Of a stretch of 51,843 nt of DNA, positions 46,805-51,843 are shown piece after piece (positions within the stretch are counted from its first letter, which is position 1; the number at the start of each line of letters is the position of its first letter). Location of the stretch: the IMG/VR virus record IMGVR_UViG_2851949629_000002; one strand, 5' to 3'. A program made the position numbers and the translations under genes. This stretch comes from a virus. Lineage: Duplodnaviria > Heunggongvirae > Uroviricota > Caudoviricetes. Under the pieces are notes generated by a model, which was not told where the DNA came from, did not search any database, and was given only the letters and a program-made list of their open reading frames with translations.

Positions 46805-47020
46805 ATGACACCTCAGCAAGAAAACGCCCTTCGCAGCATTGCCCGTCAGGCTAATTCTGAAATCAAAAAAGCCAGACAGCAGTTTCCGGATAAAAACGTC
46901 GATGACATTTGCCGTAGCGTACTAAAGAAGCACCGCGAAACGGTAACGCTGATGGGATTCACACCGACTCATTTAAGCCTGGCGATCGGCATGTTGAACG
47001 GCGTCTTTAAGGAACGGTGA
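46805..47020 (+). CDS. Small early protein (lambda orf61-like)
   Basis: Internal Met of track ORF: MTPQQENALRSIARQANSEIKKARQQFPDKNVDDICRSVLKKHRE... Confidence 0.5.
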   Translation: MTPQQENALRSIARQANSEIKKARQQFPDKNVDDICRSVLKKHRETVTLMGFTPTHLSLAIGMLNGVFKER

Positions 47021-47118
47021 ACATGAAAAGCAAAATCATCAGGGAGCTACAGGCTCCTTTTTTATTATTCGCATTCACCCTCAAGCGTATTAACCAACAA
47101 TTCAGGGATTAATGAAAG

Positions 47119-47340
47119 ATGGCAGACATCATTGATTCAGCATCAGAAATTGAAGAATTACAGCGCAACACAGCAATAAAAATGCGCCGCCTGAACCACC
47201 AGGCTATATCTGCCACTCATTGTTGTGAGTGTGGCGATCCGATAGATGAACGAAGACGCTTGGCCGTTCAGGGTTGTCGGACTTGTGCAAGTTGCCAGGA
47301 GGATCTGGAACTTATCAGTAAACAGAGAGGTTCGAAGTGA
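47119..47340 (+). CDS. DksA/TraR-family C4 zinc-finger protein (lambda orf73-like)
   Basis: 73-aa ORF with CCECGDPIDERRRLAVQGCRTCASCQ four-Cys motif. Confidence 0.75.
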   Translation: MADIIDSASEIEELQRNTAIKMRRLNHQAISATHCCECGDPIDERRRLAVQGCRTCASCQEDLELISKQRGSK

Positions 47341-47885
47341 GCGAAATTAACTCTCAGGCACTGCGTGAGGCGGCAGTAGCAATTGAAACAGTAGCAACAC
47401 CTCAAAAATTGCTGGCATTTCGTATGAAAGTCACACCTCAGGTTGTGCTGGCTCTACTGGATGAACGAGATGCATTAAATGAACGCCTAGCCGAACTGGA
47501 GGCTGATTTAGCAGGGCTGGCCGAAGACCACCAGAAAGCGACTGAGTCAATTAAGCAGGCTGATGCAGCTGTTAAGTTGGCACACGAGAAGTTTTCGGCG
47601 CTGGCGGCGGAGAATGAGCTGGCTCGTAAAGCAGTTCAGGAATTCTGCGATGTTGTTGGCGACAGCACCGAGGTTATCTGCGAGGAGATTGGGAGAGATG
47701 GTGTTCTGGTTATTTTGGAGGCCATGAAGGCAACAGGAAATATGCCAGCCACCGATGCTTTCCTGGCTGAAGTACGGGCGCAGGGGGTGGAGATGATGCG
47801 CGAACATCCATCAATCAAACTTTGCTCTTTGACGCACATATGTGATGAGTTAGCCGCCCAGCTTCGCAAAGGAGGCAACCAGTGA
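47337..47885 (+). CDS. ea22: Ea22-like early protein
   Basis: 182-aa coiled-coil-rich ORF at the position of lambda ea22. Confidence 0.65.
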   Translation: MSEINSQALREAAVAIETVATPQKLLAFRMKVTPQVVLALLDERDALNERLAELEADLAGLAEDHQKATESIKQADAAVKLAHEKFSALAAENELARKAVQEFCDVVGDSTEVICEEIGRDGVLVILEAMKATGNMPATDAFLAEVRAQGVEMMREHPSIKLCSLTHICDELAAQLRKGGNQ

Positions 47886-48015
47886 CTGGACATGCAGCAA
47901 TCCTCGACATGTGCTGTGGCAGTCGCATGTTCTGGTTAGATAAGAATGACGAACGGGCGAGATAAGCGATCGGTTAAGTGCTATAGTAATGCGCTTTTGT
48001 ATTTATGGAGTGAAT

Positions 48016-48714
48016 ATGAAAAATATCCTACTGGCATCATTGTTAGTGGCATCGCCGGGTGCATTTGCAGCCAGCTTTGACTGCCAAAAGGCTTCGACAG
48101 CAATCGAACATAAAATCTGCGATAACGAACGTCTGTCAAAATTAGACGAACAGCTTAGCTCTGCCTATTCTAGTGCCCTCAAAGGAAACCCAGAGAACGC
48201 AGACACCCTAAAAATGGTTCAACGTCAGTGGGTAAATATGCGTGGAAAACTCACTGATAATAAGGCTCTGGAGCTGGCTTATCTTATCCAAATTAATGGC
48301 CTCAAAGGTTTGGGGAGTTCAGTCAGCGTAACAGCGGCCAATGACATACCCACGTCGGCGCAGAAACATTCTAAAGAGCAGGAAGATACAAGTAAGGCAG
48401 AAGCTAAGTCGGTCAAGAACGGCAATAAGCTAACCTTAGAGTCATTCCGAGCTAAATATGTAGAAGTAGATGGTGAGTATTACAGCACGACATCCATTCC
48501 TAGAGGCAGTTCGTTCTTGTTCACTTGCGCTAGTCGTATTGCTGATGACCAAGTGAATATTTGGAAGAAACAGGCAGCCAAAGAGGGCAAAATCGACCTA
48601 TTCTTTGAGGTTGAGAATCACTTACACACGGCTATGTTGAACGCCAATTTTCAGAAGTTGAATTCAGACCCTGCCAAAAGAGGTATTTGTAATCTGATTA
48701 ACGCAGTGCCGTAA
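48016..48714 (+). CDS. Secreted protein with DUF1311 (LprI-like) N-terminal domain, moron
   Basis: Signal peptide MKNILLASLLVASPGAFA, then FDCQKASTAIEHKICDNERLSKLDEQLSSAYSSALK...QRQWVNMR; GGAG RBS; own terminator. Confidence 0.6.
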   Translation: MKNILLASLLVASPGAFAASFDCQKASTAIEHKICDNERLSKLDEQLSSAYSSALKGNPENADTLKMVQRQWVNMRGKLTDNKALELAYLIQINGLKGLGSSVSVTAANDIPTSAQKHSKEQEDTSKAEAKSVKNGNKLTLESFRAKYVEVDGEYYSTTSIPRGSSFLFTCASRIADDQVNIWKKQAAKEGKIDLFFEVENHLHTAMLNANFQKLNSDPAKRGICNLINAVP

Positions 48715-48724
48715 GTAAATTTAG

Positions 48725-48754
48725 GGCCACAGTTGTGGCCTTAAATATTTTTTT
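48725..48754 (+). terminator. Rho-independent terminator after the DUF1311 gene
   Basis: GGCCACAGTTGTGGCC hairpin followed by TTAAATATTTTTTT. Confidence 0.6.
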
Positions 48755-48914
48755 CAGCCTTTTCTTATTTGTAATAAGCAGTACTTGGTAGTGCTTATAA
48801 AACAGAATAAAAAATATATGACTTTGGCGATTACCCAGTAAAGATATTCGAAATAAATGTAAATATCGACAATGAATAACTATCCTCGCACTCGCGGGGA
48901 TTTCTTTTATCTGA

Positions 48915-48939
48915 ACTCGCTACGGCGAGTTTTTTTTTA
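48915..48939 (+). terminator. Terminator-like hairpin
   Basis: ACTCGC-TACG-GCGAGT followed by T9. Confidence 0.5.
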
Positions 48940-48951
48940 TGGAGATGATAA

Positions 48952-49119
48952 ATGCACTTCCGAGTCACAGGTGAATGGAATGGAGAACCATTCAACAGAG
49001 TTATCGAAGCCGAGAACATCAGCGACTGCTATGACCACTGGATGCTGTGGGCGCAGATAGCACATGCAGACGTAACCAATATTCGAATTGAAGAACTGAA
49101 AGAACACCAAGCCGCCTGA
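48952..49119 (+). CDS. Small hypothetical protein (55 aa) upstream of xis
   Basis: ATG ORF MHFRVTGEWNGEPFNRVIEAENISDCYDHWMLWAQIAHADVTNIRIEELKEHQAA with GGAG RBS; terminator hairpin (49110-49133) overlaps its stop. Confidence 0.5.
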   Translation: MHFRVTGEWNGEPFNRVIEAENISDCYDHWMLWAQIAHADVTNIRIEELKEHQAA

Positions 49120-49158
49120 TGGCGGTTTTTTCTTGCGTGTAATTGCGGAGACTTTGCG

Positions 49159-49377
49159 ATGTACTTGACACTTCAGGAGTGGAACGCACGCCAGCGACGC
49201 CCAAGAAGCCTTGAAACAGTTCGTCGATGGGTACGCGAGTGCAGGATATTCCCTCCTCCGGTTAAGGATGGAAGAGAGTATCTGTTCCACGAATCAGCGG
49301 TAAAGGTTGACTTAAATCGACCAGTAACAGGTAGCCTTTTGAAGAGGATCAGAAATGGGAAGAAGGCGAAGTCATGA
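49159..49377 (+). CDS. xis: Excisionase Xis
   Basis: 72-aa MYLTLQEWNARQRRPRSLETVRRWVRECRIFPPPVKDGREYLFHESAVKVDLNRPVTGSLLKRIRNGKKAKS, lambda Xis. Confidence 0.95.
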   Translation: MYLTLQEWNARQRRPRSLETVRRWVRECRIFPPPVKDGREYLFHESAVKVDLNRPVTGSLLKRIRNGKKAKS

Positions 49378-50425
49378 GCGCCGGGATTTACCCCCTAACC
49401 TTTATATAAGAAACAATGGATATTACTGCTACAGGGACCCAAGGACGGGTAAAGAGTTTGGATTAGGCCGAGACAGGCGAATCGCAATCACTGAAGCTAT
49501 ACAGGCCAACATTGAGTTATTTTCAGGACACAAACACAAGCCTCTGACAGCGAGAATCAACAGTGATAATTCCGTTACGTTACATTCATGGCTTGATCGC
49601 TACGAAAAAATCCTGGCCAGCAGAGGAATCAAGCAGAAGACACTCATAAATTACATGAGCAAAATTAAAGCAATAAGGAGGGGTCTGCCTGATGCTCCAC
49701 TTGAAGACATCACCACAAAAGAAATTGCGGCAATGCTCAATGGATACATAGACGAGGGCAAGGCGGCATCAGCCAAGTTAATCAGATCAACACTGAGCGA
49801 TGCATTCCGAGAGGCTATAGCTGAAGGCCATATAACAACAAACCCGGCCGCAGCCACTCGCGCTGCAAAATCAGAGGTAAGGAGATCAAGACTTACGGCT
49901 GACGAATACCTGAAAATTTATCAAGCAGCAGAATCATCACCATGTTGGCTTAGACTTGCAATGGAACTGGCTGTTGTTACCGGGCAGCGAGTTGGTGATT
50001 TATGCGAAATGAAGTGGTCTGATATCGTAGATGGATATCTTTATGTCGAGCAAAGCAAAACAGGCGTAAAAATTGCCATCCCAACAACATTGCATGTTGA
50101 TGCTCTCGGGATATCAATGAAGGAAACACTTGATAAATGCAAAAAGATTCTTGGCGGAGAAACCATAATTGCATCTACTCGTCGTGAACCGCTTTCATCC
50201 GGCACAGTATCAAGGTATTTTATGCGCGCACGAAAAGCATCAGGTCTTTCCTTCGAAGGGGATCCGCCTACCTTTCACGAGTTGCGCAGTTTGTCTGCAA
50301 GACTCTATGAGAAGCAGATAAGCGATAAGTTTGCTCAACATCTTCTCGGGCATAAGTCGGACACCATGGCATCACAGTATCGTGATGACAGAGGCAGGGA
50401 GTGGGACAAAATTGAAATCAAATAA
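49355..50425 (+). CDS. int: Integrase Int (tyrosine recombinase)
   Basis: 356-aa MGRRRSHERRDLPPNLYIRNNGYYCYRDPRTGKEFGLGRDRRIAITEAIQANIELF..., lambda Int. Confidence 0.95.
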   Translation: MGRRRSHERRDLPPNLYIRNNGYYCYRDPRTGKEFGLGRDRRIAITEAIQANIELFSGHKHKPLTARINSDNSVTLHSWLDRYEKILASRGIKQKTLINYMSKIKAIRRGLPDAPLEDITTKEIAAMLNGYIDEGKAASAKLIRSTLSDAFREAIAEGHITTNPAAATRAAKSEVRRSRLTADEYLKIYQAAESSPCWLRLAMELAVVTGQRVGDLCEMKWSDIVDGYLYVEQSKTGVKIAIPTTLHVDALGISMKETLDKCKKILGGETIIASTRREPLSSGTVSRYFMRARKASGLSFEGDPPTFHELRSLSARLYEKQISDKFAQHLLGHKSDTMASQYRDDRGREWDKIEIK

Positions 50426-50535
50426 TGATTTTATTTTGACTGATAGTGACCTGTTCGTTGCAACAAATTGATAAGCAATGCTTTTTTATAATGCCAACTT
50501 AGTATAAAAAAGCAGGCTTCAACGGATTCATTTTT
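50426..50535. other. attL: Prophage attL (P' arm, 15-bp core at 50499-50513, bacterial B arm)
   Basis: Reverse complement contains GCCTGCTTTTTTATACTAAGTTGGCATTATAAAAAAGCATTGCTTATCAATTTGTTGCAACGAACAGGTCACTATCAGTCAAAATAAAATCATTATT, i.e. lambda core GCTTTTTTATACTAA with P' arm. Confidence 0.85.
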
Positions 50536-50559
50536 CTATTTCATAGCCCGGAGCAACCT

Positions 50560-51843
50560 GTGAACACATTTTCAGTTTCCCGTCTGGCGCTGGCATTGGC
50601 TTTTGGCGTGACGCTGACCGCCTGTAGCTCAACCCCGCCCGATCAACGTCCTTCTGATCAAACCGCGCCTGGTACCTCTTCTCGCCCGATTCTGTCGGCA
50701 AAAGAAGCGCAGAATTTCGATGCTCAACACTATTTTGCATCCCTGACACCAGGTGCTGCAGCGTGGAATCCTTCCCCGATTACCCTGCCTGCGCAACCTG
50801 ACTTTGTTGTCGGCCCGGCGGGCACTCAAGGTGTAACGCATACCACGATTCAGGCGGCGGTAGATGCGGCAATTATCAAGCGTACCAACAAGCGCCAGTA
50901 TATTGCCGTGATGCCTGGTGAGTATCAGGGAACGGTATATGTCCCTGCCGCTCCGGGTGGAATTACTCTGTACGGTACAGGTGAAAAACCGATTGATGTG
51001 AAGATTGGGCTTTCCCTTGATGGTGGCATGAGCCCTGCCGACTGGCGTCACGACGTCAACCCGCGCGGCAAATATATGCCAGGTAAACCAGCGTGGTATA
51101 TGTACGATAGCTGCCAGAGCAAACGCAGCGACAGTATCGGTGTTCTCTGCTCTGCGGTCTTCTGGTCACAAAACAATGGCCTGCAACTGCAAAATCTGAC
51201 CATCGAAAACACGCTGGGCGATAGCGTAGATGCAGGTAACCATCCGGCGGTGGCACTGCGTACTGATGGTGACCAGGTACAGATTAACAACGTTAACATT
51301 CTCGGTCGTCAGAACACCTTCTTTGTCACCAACAGCGGTGTGCAGAACCGTCTGGAAACGAATCGTCAGCCGCGTACGCTGGTGACCAACAGCTACATTG
51401 AAGGGGATGTGGATATCGTTTCTGGTCGCGGCGCAGTGGTGTTCGATAACACCGAATTCCGCGTGGTGAACTCACGTACTCAGCAAGAAGCGTATGTGTT
51501 TGCACCGGCTACGCTGTCCAACATTTACTACGGTTTCCTCGCCGTAAACAGCCGTTTCAATGCTTTCGGTGATGGTGTGGCGCAACTGGGCCGCTCGCTG
51601 GATGTTGATGCCAATACCAACGGTCAGGTGGTGATCCGTGATAGCGCCATCAACGAAGGTTTTAACACGGCTAAACCGTGGGCCGATGCGGTGATCTCTA
51701 ATCGTCCGTTTGCGGGTAATACCGGCAGCGTAGATGATAACGACGAAATACAGCGCAATCTGAATGACACTAACTACAACCGCATGTGGGAATACAATAA
51801 CCGCGGCGTGGGTAGTAAAGTGGTTGCAGAGGCGAAGAAGTAA
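50560..51843 (+). CDS. ybhC: Host lipoprotein YbhC (pectinesterase-fold acyl-CoA thioesterase), chromosomal flank of att-lambda
   Basis: 427-aa ORF with lipoprotein signal MNTFSVSRLALALAFGVTLTAC, matches E. coli YbhC as recalled. Confidence 0.9.
   Translation: MNTFSVSRLALALAFGVTLTACSSTPPDQRPSDQTAPGTSSRPILSAKEAQNFDAQHYFASLTPGAAAWNPSPITLPAQPDFVVGPAGTQGVTHTTIQAAVDAAIIKRTNKRQYIAVMPGEYQGTVYVPAAPGGITLYGTGEKPIDVKIGLSLDGGMSPADWRHDVNPRGKYMPGKPAWYMYDSCQSKRSDSIGVLCSAVFWSQNNGLQLQNLTIENTLGDSVDAGNHPAVALRTDGDQVQINNVNILGRQNTFFVTNSGVQNRLETNRQPRTLVTNSYIEGDVDIVSGRGAVVFDNTEFRVVNSRTQQEAYVFAPATLSNIYYGFLAVNSRFNAFGDGVAQLGRSLDVDANTNGQVVIRDSAINEGFNTAKPWADAVISNRPFAGNTGSVDDNDEIQRNLNDTNYNRMWEYNNRGVGSKVVAEAKK

Overview
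The window is almost entirely one lambda-type prophage, presented as the reverse complement of the standard lambda map, ending at a lambda-type attL beside host gene ybhC (50560-51843). No database search was possible: all homology calls rest on my recollection of lambda, phage 21 and DLP12 protein and site sequences, and coordinates of small sites are approximate (a few nt). Layout, left to right: non-lambda AT-rich DNA with a partial tRNA-Ser 3' fragment (1-1506); tail fibre, tail and head genes on the minus strand (tfa, stf, lom, J, I, K, an M-L fusion, H, T, G, V, U, Z, FII, FI, E, D, C/Nu3, B, W, A, Nu1; 1507-24676); cos (~24854-24865); a cargo region (RHH protein, hypothetical, T5orf172-like gene); a phage-21/DLP12-type lysis and late-control module (Rz/Rz1, SAR endolysin, pinholin, an Lc/NmpC-like porin, Q); nin region (rusA, ninE, Dam-like methyltransferase, ninB, ren); replication genes P and O; lambda immunity region (cII, cro, OR1-3, cI, OL/pL, nutL, N); recombination genes (ea10, cIII, kil, gam, bet, exo); xis and int. 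The prophage looks cryptic: gene O and ori-lambda are split by a nested pair of IS66-family elements, M and L are fused by an apparent 353-bp deletion, and J has a 1-nt frameshift at codon 8. The best candidates for an undescribed system are cargo genes in classical moron or exclusion slots: (1) a NYN/PIN-like predicted nuclease replacing rexAB downstream of cI, behind a terminator-like leader; (2) a zinc-ribbon protein encoded antisense in the N-cIII interval (the sieB/ral slot in lambda) with promoter-flanking direct repeats; (3) a T5orf172 (GIY-YIG-like) gene after the late terminator; (4) a secreted DUF1311-like protein between ea22 and xis. No CRISPR array or rRNA was seen.
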